DNA of 24,000 bases from Terriglobales bacterium (GCA_025450725.1 JANWLQ010000087.1:14-24013), one strand, 5' to 3'; counted from the stretch's first letter, positions 1 to 8,549 are shown. Notes: generated by a model not told the origin, from the letters alone. Numbers and translations are program-made.

Positions 1-1
1 G

Positions 2-97
2 GGCGCGGGCGGCACCGCTCACTGTAAGTCCGCGCTCCCCTCCGCCGGGGCCGACACCCAAACCCTCGCACTCACCCTGGCGCTGCAGGATTTTTAG
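2..97 (+). CDS. 3' end of an ORF entering from the left edge (frame 2), ending at TAG 95-97. Probably the same surface-protein gene as 98..547
   Basis: Frame 2 is open from the window edge and reads ...TQTLALTLALQDF* up to TAG at 95-97. The same frame continues open immediately afterwards. Confidence 0.3.
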   Translation, partial: GAGGTAHCKSALPSAGADTQTLALTLALQDF

Positions 98-547
98 TTG
101 AGCGCGCCGGTGCCGCCGCCGCTCCGCGCCGGGCAATCGGCGACCGTTACCTTGACCTTGAGTCCGGTCAACGGCTACCGAGCCCCAATCACTTTCTCCT
201 GCGCCGGCGCACCGCCGCTCGCCACCTGCACTCTCTCGCCGTCGGCGATCGTGCTCGGCCCGACCGCCGCGACAACGGTGGCCTTGCTGCTCGCCACCGC
301 TCCGCAGCCCTTTGCGGCGTGGCTGCTCCTGTTGCTGCCCGCCTTTGCCATCCCGAAACGGCGCAGGCTGGCGTGCATGGCTTTGCTGGCGCTCGCGGCG
401 GTGTCGCTCTCGTGCGGAGGGTCGCCGTCGCCTGCCATACCGCCCCCGGCGCCCTCCACGCCCGCCGGCAGCTATCAACTTACGGTGACGGCGACGGATG
501 GGACGCTACGGCACACCGTAGTCGTCCCTGTGTCTGTTACCAATTGA
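98..547 (+). CDS. hypothetical exported/cell-surface protein, Ig-like repeat unit with an internal hydrophobic/basic segment
   Basis: 149-aa ORF starting at TTG. LRAGQSATVTLTLSP...ITFSCAGAPPLATCTLSP and ...TPAGSYQLTVTATDGTLRHTVVVPVSVTN match my memory of the Ig-like repeat units of large Acidobacterial surface proteins. A hydrophobic helix plus KRRR is followed by a second hydrophobic stretch with the lipobox-like LSCGG. Confidence 0.4.
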   Translation: MSAPVPPPLRAGQSATVTLTLSPVNGYRAPITFSCAGAPPLATCTLSPSAIVLGPTAATTVALLLATAPQPFAAWLLLLLPAFAIPKRRRLACMALLALAAVSLSCGGSPSPAIPPPAPSTPAGSYQLTVTATDGTLRHTVVVPVSVTN

Positions 548-548
548 A

Positions 549-1742
549 TCACTCGCTGCTGAGTTGGGCGGTGATGGTGCCCCAGCTTACGCTGGCCTCG
601 ATCTGTACCGGCAGGTGGCGGGCGTCGTCGCTGAACCAGATCCACAGTTTGCCGGGGCGCTGAAACACGGCGCTGCTGAACAGGGTCGGCACGGCGCGCA
701 CGCAGTTGAAGCTGCCCGCCGGCACCCGCACCGTTTCGCGCAAGTCAACCGCCACCTGTACGGTGCTCGTCGCGCCGCCCTCATTCACCGGAAAGCGATA
801 GCTGTCGCCCACGCGCAGGGGCAAGGTGCGCGCGTACGCCAAGGCGCCGAGCAAGTCCATCACGCAACCGGTGGTGGGCTTGATTTCGTGTTTCGGCCGC
901 GGCGGCTTCTGGGTTGGGTCAACCTCGTCGAGCACCAGTTGCTTGAGCGGGGCGTTGTAGCGAATGTGGGTTAAACGATGACGCCGCCCCTCGACGGTGT
1001 CGTTGTCCACCGCCGTGGTGCAATGAGAGGTGGCGTCATAGTCGGTATGCATGCTGTCGCGCACCGGATAGAAAATACTAATCAACGAATTGGCATCGGC
1101 GGTAAATCGCACCTGGCCGTCGCTGAAAACGAGGCTGGCGGAGCCGGCGGGCAAGAGGCGCCAGTGGGCGGTGTAGTGCAGCGTTCCCTCGGGAGTGGGC
1201 GCCGGCGACTGCGCCACAGCTTTCACAGCCAAAAGCAGGAACAACGCCAGAAACCCGATTAACGCCTGGTACTCGCGGTGGCGGCGGTAGAGGGCGAGCG
1301 AAAACCGGCCACGGTCGTCGCCGCGGCGCCTGCGCGCGCGCGGAATCAACCTCGGCACGCGCGCGCTGTAGGCGGCAAACGCATCGCCGAAGCGTTCGGC
1401 CAGGTAGCGCTCCTCCGCCTTGATCACGGGCAGATAAACGGCGAGCAGGCACCCCAGCGCGGCGACGCCCAGCCAAACCTGGTTGGCGGCGATCAGCAGC
1501 CCCAAAGCCAGCAAGGCGCTGCCCAGGTAGAGCGGGTTGCGGGTATAGCCGTAGGGTCCGGTCGTTGCCAGCGCGTCGTTCTTGCGAATGTGCCCGGAGG
1601 CGCTGGCGCGCAGCGCCAGGCCGGCAAGGCCGACCGGCAGTCCACCCGCCAGGCTGCGCCAGGTGGGGTGGGCAAACACGACCAGCGCCACCGCCGCGGC
1701 GAAGCCCAGCGGCACGCGCCAGCGCTGCAGGCGCGTGCTCAC
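549..1742 (-). CDS. fusion protein: N-terminal ICMT/PEMT-like membrane methyltransferase domain plus C-terminal DUF3108 domain
   Basis: N-terminal part has GPYGYTRNPLYLG and EERYLAERFGDAFAAYSARVPRLIP, hallmarks of the isoprenylcysteine carboxyl methyltransferase-like family. C-terminal part (GTLHYTAHWRLLPAGSASL ... KLWIWFSDDARHLPVQIEASVSWGTITAQL) matches the DUF3108 pattern. GTG start overlaps the upstream stop by 4 bp (GTGA, 1739-1742). Confidence 0.75.
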   Translation of the reverse strand: MSTRLQRWRVPLGFAAAVALVVFAHPTWRSLAGGLPVGLAGLALRASASGHIRKNDALATTGPYGYTRNPLYLGSALLALGLLIAANQVWLGVAALGCLLAVYLPVIKAEERYLAERFGDAFAAYSARVPRLIPRARRRRGDDRGRFSLALYRRHREYQALIGFLALFLLLAVKAVAQSPAPTPEGTLHYTAHWRLLPAGSASLVFSDGQVRFTADANSLISIFYPVRDSMHTDYDATSHCTTAVDNDTVEGRRHRLTHIRYNAPLKQLVLDEVDPTQKPPRPKHEIKPTTGCVMDLLGALAYARTLPLRVGDSYRFPVNEGGATSTVQVAVDLRETVRVPAGSFNCVRAVPTLFSSAVFQRPGKLWIWFSDDARHLPVQIEASVSWGTITAQLSSE

Positions 1743-2779
1743 GCGTTCTGCCGCGCTCCGCGCAACAACTCACCGCAGGCGGATACGACTTCCTCGGGTG
1801 TAATCGCGAGCATCGCCGGCGAGTAAGTCGAGCGCCGGGCGTAGCTCGTGACCTCCGATTTGCGAATCACGCGCGCGCGCGGCGAATAGGGGCCATTGCG
1901 CGCCGGGTCGGTGGGCCCGAAGAGCGCCAGGGTCGGCGTGTCGAGCGCGGCCGCGAGCTGCAGCGGGCCAGTGTCGCCGCCGATCACCACCTGGGCGCGG
2001 CGCAACACGGCGGCCAGATGCGGTACGTCGCCGGAAAAAATGCGGGCGCGGATCTGGTTGGCGCGCCGAGAGGCGTCATCCATGTCGCGCTCGCCCGGTC
2101 CGCGGTTCAACACCGCCGCCAGGCCGTGGCGCTGCTCGAGCATTTCCGCAACGGCGCCATAGCGTTCGCTGGGCCAGCGCTTCGACGCCCAGCCTCCGCC
2201 GGGCGAGAAGAAGGCAAAGGGGCCAATGTTGTTGGAGCTGATCCAGGCATCCACCTCGGCCTCGACGGCGGCGGGCACGTTGACGGGAAACCGCATCACG
2301 CGCCGCAAGGGACCGAGCACCGGGGTAAGCGCTTCGGTCACGTCCAGCATTTGCTCGACGATGTGCGCCGAATGCGGGGCCACCTGATGGGTGTAGGCGA
2401 AACCGGCGCCGCGCTCACGCAGCGAACCGGGGGCGAAGCCGACCCGCTGCGCCGCGCCCGAGAACCAGGTCACCACCGCCGACTTGATCGTGCCTTGCAG
2501 ATCGTGCGCCCAATCGGCGCCGAAACCGCGCACGTGGCGCAAGTCGCGCCGGGTCGCGCTCCAGCGATGGGGACGGCGCCGCAGTCCATGACTGTCCACC
2601 GTGAACACTTCGTCAACATCGGGGTTTTTGGCAACAAGCGGCAGCCACTTTTCCTCAACCACCCAGGCCAGCCGCGCCTGCGGGTAGCTGGCGCGCAAGC
2701 TCGCGGCGACGGGCAGCGCATGCACAATGTCTCCCAAGCTGCTGAGCTTCACGATCAGAATGCGCGCCGTGGTCGGCAT
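1739..2779 (-). CDS. glycosyltransferase family 9, ADP-heptose:LPS heptosyltransferase (WaaC/WaaF-like)
   Basis: ILIVKLSSLGDIVHALPV near the N-terminus and GGDTGPLQLAAALDTPTLALFGPTDP near the C-terminus are typical GT9 motifs. Sits in an operon with the ADP-heptose synthesis genes. Confidence 0.85.
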   Translation of the reverse strand: MPTTARILIVKLSSLGDIVHALPVAASLRASYPQARLAWVVEEKWLPLVAKNPDVDEVFTVDSHGLRRRPHRWSATRRDLRHVRGFGADWAHDLQGTIKSAVVTWFSGAAQRVGFAPGSLRERGAGFAYTHQVAPHSAHIVEQMLDVTEALTPVLGPLRRVMRFPVNVPAAVEAEVDAWISSNNIGPFAFFSPGGGWASKRWPSERYGAVAEMLEQRHGLAAVLNRGPGERDMDDASRRANQIRARIFSGDVPHLAAVLRRAQVVIGGDTGPLQLAAALDTPTLALFGPTDPARNGPYSPRARVIRKSEVTSYARRSTYSPAMLAITPEEVVSACGELLRGARQNA

Positions 2780-2794
2780 TGTTTAAAGTATCGC

Positions 2795-3274
2795 TTACTT
2801 TGCCCGCAGGCGGGCGAGAAGCGCCTGGGTCGAGTGGTCCTTTGGATCGCCGACAATCGCCACTTCGACGCCCAATTCCCGCGCCACCGCCGCTTCGGGA
2901 ACAGTGGCGGCGGTGTAATCGGTGCCCTTGGCGTGCACGTCGGGGCGCAAGGCGCGTAAGAGCGGCTCGACCGACAGCTCGTCGAAAATCGTAACCGCCG
3001 CAACGCCGCGGACCGCCGCGACCAGGGCGGCGCGGCCGCGCTCATCTAATATTGGCCGGCCTTCGCCTGTCAGCCGGCGCGTGCTTTGGTCTGAGTTTAC
3101 CGCCACAACGAGCCGCGCGCCGAGCGCCGCCGCGCCTTGCAGGTAGCGCACATGCCCGACGTGGAGGATGTCAAAGCAGCCGTTGGCAAGGACGATCCGC
3201 TCGCCGCGCGCGCGCCAATCCCGAGCTTGCGCGACCAAGTCGGGACGCGCAAGAATCTTGCGCTCACTCGCCAC
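2795..3274 (-). CDS. hldC: D-glycero-beta-D-manno-heptose 1-phosphate adenylyltransferase (RfaE domain II type)
   Basis: 159-aa cytidylyltransferase-like protein with GCFDILHVGHVRYL (HxGH nucleotidyltransferase motif). Overlaps the hldA 3' end by 11 bp. Confidence 0.85.
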   Translation of the reverse strand: MASERKILARPDLVAQARDWRARGERIVLANGCFDILHVGHVRYLQGAAALGARLVVAVNSDQSTRRLTGEGRPILDERGRAALVAAVRGVAAVTIFDELSVEPLLRALRPDVHAKGTDYTAATVPEAAVARELGVEVAIVGDPKDHSTQALLARLRAK

Positions 3275-4238
3275 TGCGCCTCAATTCCGCGAGGCTGCAC
3301 GTGGCGGTTCCTGGCTTCATCACCACCACGCCAGCGGCGCGGTTCGCCAGCGCGGCGGCTTGGAGGCCATCGGCGCCGGCAGCGAGCGCGGCGGTGAAGA
3401 CGGCGATTACGGTATCGCCGGCGCCGGTCACATCCAGCGCCCGGTCGCTGCCCACAATGCCGAGATGCCGGGTTGGCTTACCCGGCTCGAAGAGCGCCAT
3501 ACCGTCTCGGCCACGAGTGACGAGCAGGTGCTCGCAACCCAGGGTGCGGCGCAGCTTCCGCCCGGCGCGTTCGAGGACGGTCAGATCGCCGTTCACGGCG
3601 ACGTTTTCGGCCGCCTCGAGTTCCGCTTCGTTGGGCGTCGCGGCGTTCAGGCCGCGGTACGCGCCCACGGCGAAACGCGCGTCGGCGGCAATCAAGGCGC
3701 GCGGCATTTTGGTCCGCAGCGCGCTCACGGCCGCCGGCCCGACCGCGCCGTAGCCGTAGTCGGCGATGAGAATGCCGTTGGCGGCACGCGCGGCGCGTGC
3801 CACGGCGGCAGCCAAGCGCGCCTGGTCGCGCGCGCGCATCGGTTCGGGCTCGCGATCCATGCGCACCACCTGCTGCGGGGAGGTATGGGCATGATGCGCC
3901 AAGATGCGCGTTTTGGTGGGCGTGGCCCAGCCGCGCAAGGTCACCACGTGTCGGGTATCGATTCCAGCCTTGGTAAAGGCCCGGAGCAGCAGATGGCCGG
4001 GCTCATCGTCGCCGACCGCGCCCACCAGGCGGACCCTTACGCCCAAGGCGGCCAGATTCATGGCGGTGTTGCCGCCTCCGCCGGGAACCACACTGCGCGT
4101 GCGCTGCTTGAGGATGAGTACGGGAGCTTCGCGCGATACGCGGGCGATCTCGCCGGCTAGGAATTCGTCGGCGACGAGATCGCCCCAGACGGTGATCGCC
4201 AGCTTGGGCAGGCGCGTGACTATTGCTTCAGTATCCAT
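3264..4238 (-). CDS. hldA: D-glycero-beta-D-manno-heptose 7-phosphate kinase (RfaE domain I type, PfkB family)
   Basis: 324 aa. VSREAPVLIL, GGGGNTAMNLAALG and the C-terminal DVTGAGDTVIAVF PfkB signature. Lies between gmhB and hldC. Confidence 0.85.
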   Translation of the reverse strand: MDTEAIVTRLPKLAITVWGDLVADEFLAGEIARVSREAPVLILKQRTRSVVPGGGGNTAMNLAALGVRVRLVGAVGDDEPGHLLLRAFTKAGIDTRHVVTLRGWATPTKTRILAHHAHTSPQQVVRMDREPEPMRARDQARLAAAVARAARAANGILIADYGYGAVGPAAVSALRTKMPRALIAADARFAVGAYRGLNAATPNEAELEAAENVAVNGDLTVLERAGRKLRRTLGCEHLLVTRGRDGMALFEPGKPTRHLGIVGSDRALDVTGAGDTVIAVFTAALAAGADGLQAAALANRAAGVVVMKPGTATCSLAELRRSGE

Positions 4239-4747
4239 TCCACCGCCTCAAGCGCATTGGCCGCTTCGAAATCCACCGGACATTGGCCGCTCTCGCGCCC
4301 GCCATAGCCGGTCCTGACGAGAACCCCGCGGGCTCCTACAGCATGGGCCAGGGCCACATCGTGGCACCGGTCGCCGATCACCCAGGATCGCTCCAGGTCG
4401 AGATCCAACTCGCGCGCCGCCTGACGCACCATGCCGGGCTGTGGCTTGCGGCACTCGCATCCGCCATCGGGAGCATGCGGGCAGTAATAAATGCCATCGA
4501 GCGAAGCCCCGGCCTCGCGCAACCGCTCGCGCAGGATCCGGTGGAGACTTTCGACGGCAGTACTGTCGAAGTAGCCTCGCCCGACGCCCGCCTGGTTGGT
4601 CACGACTACGGCGGCGAGACCAGCTTGGTTGACCAGTCGCACTGCCTGGGGAGTGAAGCCAAAAATGTGAAAATCTTCCACTCGACCGGCGTACCCCACC
4701 TCCTCATTCAAGGTGCCATCGCGGTCAAAAAATACGGCTGGTCGCAT
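4220..4747 (-). CDS. gmhB: D-glycero-D-manno-heptose 1,7-bisphosphate 7-phosphatase (HAD-IIIA)
   Basis: FFDRDGTLN HAD motif I, VVVTNQAGVGRGYF, the zinc-binding YYCPHAPDGGCECRKPQPGM segment, and IGDRCHD motif. Confidence 0.85.
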   Translation of the reverse strand: MRPAVFFDRDGTLNEEVGYAGRVEDFHIFGFTPQAVRLVNQAGLAAVVVTNQAGVGRGYFDSTAVESLHRILRERLREAGASLDGIYYCPHAPDGGCECRKPQPGMVRQAARELDLDLERSWVIGDRCHDVALAHAVGARGVLVRTGYGGRESGQCPVDFEAANALEAVEWILKQ

Positions 4748-4820
4748 CGCCCATACATTCTAAGCCGGCGCTGCTCAATTTGTTGTGAATTCCCGCAGCT
4801 TCCTTGGTTTAATAGAGGCA

Positions 4821-6281
4821 ATGCTCTCGCGTGTTTTTCGGGTTCATTTCGTCGGCATAGGCGGCATCGGCATGAGCGGCATCGCGGAGGTTCTGCTGGT
4901 GCAGGGATGGCCGGTTTCCGGCTCCGACACGCGGCCCTCGCCGATCACCAGCCGGCTGATGGAGATGGGCGCGCGCATCGTGATCGGGCACGCGGCGGCG
5001 AATCTGTGTGACGCCGAGGTGGTGGTGACGTCGAGCGCGGTTGCGGCCGACAATCCCGAGGTCGTCGCCGCGCGGGAGCGGCAGATTCCGGTGATTCCGC
5101 GGGCGGAGATGCTGGCCGAGTTGATGCGGCTTAAATTCGGCATCGCGGTGGCGGGCATGCACGGCAAGACCACGACAACTTCGATGATTGCCACCGTGCT
5201 CGCCGGGGTTGGGCTTGACCCGACGGTGATCGTCGGGGGGCGGCTGGACAGCATTGGTTCGAATGCGAAGTTGGGCACCACGCAGTACCTGGTCGCGGAA
5301 GCGGATGAAAGCGACCGGTCGTTTCTTCAACTCTCGCCCATTGTTGCCGTCATCACCAATCTTGATCGCGAGCATCTTGATTGCTACAGCGGACTCGGCG
5401 ACATTCAGGACGCCTTCGTCGCCTTCGCCAACCGGGTGCCGTTTTACGGCACGGTTCTGGTCGGCGCGGAAGACGACGCCACACGGGCCATCCTGCCGCG
5501 GCTGCGGCGGCGGACGCTGGTGTATGGCACAAGCGACGATGCCGACCTGCACGTGGCGGCCACGGAGTTCGACGGGGGCGATTCGCGGTTTCGCCTGACC
5601 TGTTCGGCGGCCGGTTGTCATTTACTCGGGACGCGCGCGCGCGCCGATCTGGGGACGTTTATGGTGCCGCGCCCGGGGCTGCACAGCGTGCTGGACGCGA
5701 CGGCGGCAATCGCGGTGGGCCTGCTGCTCGGGGGCGAATTGGAAGCGGTGCGCGCGGCCATCGGCAACTTCCGGGGCGTGGACCGGCGCTTTCAGATCCG
5801 CGGCCGGGTGGGTGACGAGGCGAGCGGTATCACCGTGGTTGACGACTACGGGCATCACCCCACCGAGCTCGCCGCCACGCTGGCGGCGGCGCGCCAGTAT
5901 CAGGCCAAATCGAAGGGGCGAGTGCTCATGCTGTTCCAGCCGCATCGCTACACGCGAACGTTTCACCTCATGGAGGAGTTCGCCGCGACGCTGGCGCGGG
6001 CGGACCAGGCTTGGCTGCTCGACATTTACTCCGCCGGCGAGCCGCCGATCGAGGGCATTCACTCGAGCCGCCTTGCCCAACGGGCCAACGAACAGCACGG
6101 CGGGAACGTGGCCTATCTGCCTGACGCCGAAGCGGCTATCGCGGCGATTGCCGCCGCCGCGCGGCCCGGCGATCTGATTCTGACCCAGGGCGCGGGCAGC
6201 GTCTCCGGCCTTGGAGAGAAACTGCTGCAGGCGTTGACGGTCGGGCATGCGGCGAGCGCGCTGCAGACTTCCAGCCTATGA
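4821..6281 (+). CDS. murC: UDP-N-acetylmuramate--L-alanine ligase
   Basis: HFVGIGGIGMSGIAEVL, VAGMHGKTTTTSM (P-loop), DDYGHHPTE. ATG at 4821 preceded by AGAGG is preferred over the track's GTG at 4785. TGA overlaps the ftsQ ATG (ATGA, 6278-6281). Confidence 0.92.
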   Translation: MLSRVFRVHFVGIGGIGMSGIAEVLLVQGWPVSGSDTRPSPITSRLMEMGARIVIGHAAANLCDAEVVVTSSAVAADNPEVVAARERQIPVIPRAEMLAELMRLKFGIAVAGMHGKTTTTSMIATVLAGVGLDPTVIVGGRLDSIGSNAKLGTTQYLVAEADESDRSFLQLSPIVAVITNLDREHLDCYSGLGDIQDAFVAFANRVPFYGTVLVGAEDDATRAILPRLRRRTLVYGTSDDADLHVAATEFDGGDSRFRLTCSAAGCHLLGTRARADLGTFMVPRPGLHSVLDATAAIAVGLLLGGELEAVRAAIGNFRGVDRRFQIRGRVGDEASGITVVDDYGHHPTELAATLAAARQYQAKSKGRVLMLFQPHRYTRTFHLMEEFAATLARADQAWLLDIYSAGEPPIEGIHSSRLAQRANEQHGGNVAYLPDAEAAIAAIAAAARPGDLILTQGAGSVSGLGEKLLQALTVGHAASALQTSSL

Positions 6282-7261
6282 AACCGAAGCCGGACGCAGC
6301 ACTTCCCGATTCCTTGCACGAGCCGCCCCTGGACGAACCGCTCGAGGGGGAGGGCGAACTCGCCGACGATCCGGGGTACCGTCGCCGCGCCACGCCGGTG
6401 CGGGTGCGGCAGAAGCGCAGCGGCAACGTCGTCAGCCAATGGAAACGCCTGCGCAAGCCGATTCTTCTGTCCAGCCTGGGGCTCGGAATCACCTTCGCGG
6501 GGTACGCGCTGCTGTTCCGCAGTACGTGGTTTGTGCTGGCGGGTTCGGACCAAATCTCGATCAGCGGCGCGGTCGAGACCGACCCGGCGCGCGTGTTGTC
6601 GGTGTTCGCCTCCGACTATGGGCGGAATGTGTTTTTCATTCCCCTTGCCGAGCGCCGCGATTCGCTGGCGGCCATTCCCTGGGTGCAAACGGCGGCGGTC
6701 ATGCGCATCTGGCCGGCCCGCATCGTGGTGCGGTTGCGCGAGCGCACGCCGGTGGCGCAGGTCAGGGTGGGCGACCATCTGCAACTGGTGGACGGGGCAG
6801 GAAGCATTCTTGATCCGCCGGCGGCGAGCGCGGCCAACCAGCATTTTGATTTTCCGGTGATCACCGGCCTGGCTGACACAGCGGCGCATCGCGCCCCGCA
6901 AATGCGGTTGTATCAGGCGTTCATGACCGCGGTCGCCGGGCACGCCGCCGACATTTCCGAGATTGATCTCAGCGACGCCAGCAACGTCAAGGCCCGGGTC
7001 AGCCTTCCGGGGCACCCGAGCCAGACGGTGCTGCTGCAACTTGGCGATCGGAATTTCGAACAGCGCTACGGACTGTTCCTCTCGCAAGCGCAGACCTGGC
7101 TGGACAAATACCCAACCCTCGCCGGCGTGGACCTGCGCTACGACGGCGAAGCCATTGTGGACCCGGGCGTTCCGGTGGCCACTCCGTTGCCCAAGCCGGT
7201 GGCAAAGCCGTTGACCAAGCCGGCGACTAAGCCGGCTACTGGACCGAAGGTCAGACACTAG
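6278..7261 (+). CDS. ftsQ: cell division protein FtsQ (POTRA domain), with a long charged N-terminal tail and a KP-repeat C-terminal tail
   Basis: One TM helix (ILLSSLGLGITFAGYALLF). POTRA-like ISISGAVETDPARVLSVF...NVFFIPLAERRDSLAAIPWVQTAAVMRIWPARIVVRLRERTPVA. Located between murC and ftsA. Confidence 0.8.
   Translation: MKPKPDAALPDSLHEPPLDEPLEGEGELADDPGYRRRATPVRVRQKRSGNVVSQWKRLRKPILLSSLGLGITFAGYALLFRSTWFVLAGSDQISISGAVETDPARVLSVFASDYGRNVFFIPLAERRDSLAAIPWVQTAAVMRIWPARIVVRLRERTPVAQVRVGDHLQLVDGAGSILDPPAASAANQHFDFPVITGLADTAAHRAPQMRLYQAFMTAVAGHAADISEIDLSDASNVKARVSLPGHPSQTVLLQLGDRNFEQRYGLFLSQAQTWLDKYPTLAGVDLRYDGEAIVDPGVPVATPLPKPVAKPLTKPATKPATGPKVRH
7193..7240 (+). repeat. 12-bp in-frame tandem repeat x4 (AAGCCG at 7193, 7205, 7217, 7229) encoding KPVA-KPLT-KPAT-KPAT at the FtsQ C-terminus
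   Basis: AAGCCG recurs with an exact 12-bp period, read directly from the sequence. Confidence 0.8.
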
Positions 7262-7264
7262 GCC

Positions 7265-8455
7265 ATGCATTTCGCCACTCTCGATCTCGGCACCGCGCAC
7301 ACCACGCTTCTGCAAGTGCAATTGGAGAACGGCGTGATGCAGTACCGCGGGCACGTCACCGTTCCCAGCCAGGGGATGAAGAAGGGAAACGTGGTCGCGC
7401 CGCAGGCGGCGGCGGCGGTGATGCAGTCGGCGGCGGCGGAGCTGGAGCGGCAGACGGGTGTCGCCATCGAGCGCGTCTTCCTTTCGCTCACGGGGGCGCA
7501 GGTCAAGGGCATCGGCAGCCAAGCCGGCATTTCGCTCACTTCGCGCAGCCGCGAAGTGACGCGCGAGGACGCGCGACGGGTGCTCGATCTGGCCCGCTCG
7601 ATTTCGCTTCCCGATGACCGGCAGATACTGCACGTCATCCCGCAGGAGTTCGTGCTCGACCGGCAGTCGGGCATTCTCGAGCCGGTGGGCATGCTGGCTT
7701 CCCGGCTCGAAGCGCGGATCTACGCTGTCACCGTCGCCGCCGGGTTGAAGGACAACCTGGTGCTCGCCGCCAATCACGCCGGTCTCGAAGTGCACGAGCT
7801 GATCTTCGCGCCGCTGGCGCTGGCGGAAGCGTCGCTCAGCGCCGAGGAACGCCACGCCGGCGTGGCCGTGGTGGATCTGGGCGCGGGCACGACCGGCATT
7901 GCCGTGTATTCGAACGGCAGCCTGGCGCATGCGTCGGTGATACCGGTGGGGGGCGATCACATGACCAACGACATCGCGATCAAGCTCTCGACGACGCTGC
8001 CCGAGGCGGAGCGCATTAAGTGCGACTTCGGCGCGGCCACGCTCGCCTACGCCGGCGACAACCCGTCGGTCGAGGTGCCCGCGCCCGCCGACCGGCCGCC
8101 CCGGTTGGTACCGCACCGGCTGCTGTGCGAGTGCATCGAGTTTCGCGCCCAGGAATTGATCCGGCTGATTCAGGCGGAACTCTCGCGGGGCGGGCCGCTG
8201 GGGGCGGGAGTGTACATTAGCGGCGGGGCGAGCCGGCTGCAGGGATTCGTGGACCTGCTGCAAGCCAGCATCGGGATCGTGACGCGTCCGCTGGCGGCGA
8301 TTCTGATCGAAGGCATGCCGGACATCTTCGCCGAACCCGAGTACGCCTTCTCGGTCGGCGCCTGCTACTACGCCCACCGCCTGCTGGCGCGACAGCCGGT
8401 GGAGGCGACGATTTGGGAGAAACTGCGTTCTAAATGGGCCGCGCTGGGCAACTAG
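7265..8455 (+). CDS. ftsA: cell division protein FtsA (actin-like ATPase)
   Basis: LDLGTAHTTLL (phosphate 1), VVDLGAGTTGIAVY (phosphate 2), IPVGGDHMTNDIA, ISGGASRL. C-terminal amphipathic WEKLRSKWAALGN. Confidence 0.9.
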   Translation: MHFATLDLGTAHTTLLQVQLENGVMQYRGHVTVPSQGMKKGNVVAPQAAAAVMQSAAAELERQTGVAIERVFLSLTGAQVKGIGSQAGISLTSRSREVTREDARRVLDLARSISLPDDRQILHVIPQEFVLDRQSGILEPVGMLASRLEARIYAVTVAAGLKDNLVLAANHAGLEVHELIFAPLALAEASLSAEERHAGVAVVDLGAGTTGIAVYSNGSLAHASVIPVGGDHMTNDIAIKLSTTLPEAERIKCDFGAATLAYAGDNPSVEVPAPADRPPRLVPHRLLCECIEFRAQELIRLIQAELSRGGPLGAGVYISGGASRLQGFVDLLQASIGIVTRPLAAILIEGMPDIFAEPEYAFSVGACYYAHRLLARQPVEATIWEKLRSKWAALGN

Positions 8456-8457
8456 AG

Positions 8458-8480
8458 GGCGCAGTTCAGCGCCGGATTTT
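8458..8480 (+). terminator. weak intrinsic-terminator candidate after ftsA
   Basis: GGCGC(8458-8462) agttca GCGCC(8469-8473), then GGATTTT (T-run 8477-8480). Short stem and short T-run. Confidence 0.25.
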
Positions 8481-8520
8481 GACCGTTCGGTGCCGATAAC
8501 GGCCATTCACAGCAAGTGCT

Positions 8521-8549
8521 TTGCCAGCCAGGGTGCGGACAACTAGCAT
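8521..8549 (+). promoter_or_regulatory. sigma70-like promoter candidate for the radical SAM gene
   Basis: TTGCCA (8521-8526), 17-nt spacer, TAGCAT (8544-8549), in a locally low-GC stretch. Leaves about 45 nt of leader before ATG 8602. Confidence 0.3.

Noticed and set aside
6113-8506. 797-aa minus-strand ORF, together with similar long ORFs at 9103..10653(-), 15170..16522(-), 20276..21865(-), 1565..2959(+), 3168..4160(+) and 4809..5621(-)
   Set aside because: All lie antisense or out of frame to genes with clear family motifs (ftsQ/ftsA, radical SAM, NRAMP, Asp-box protein, GT9, hldA, murC). Their translations are Arg/Pro/Gly/Ala-rich low-complexity strings, typical of spurious open frames in high-GC DNA.
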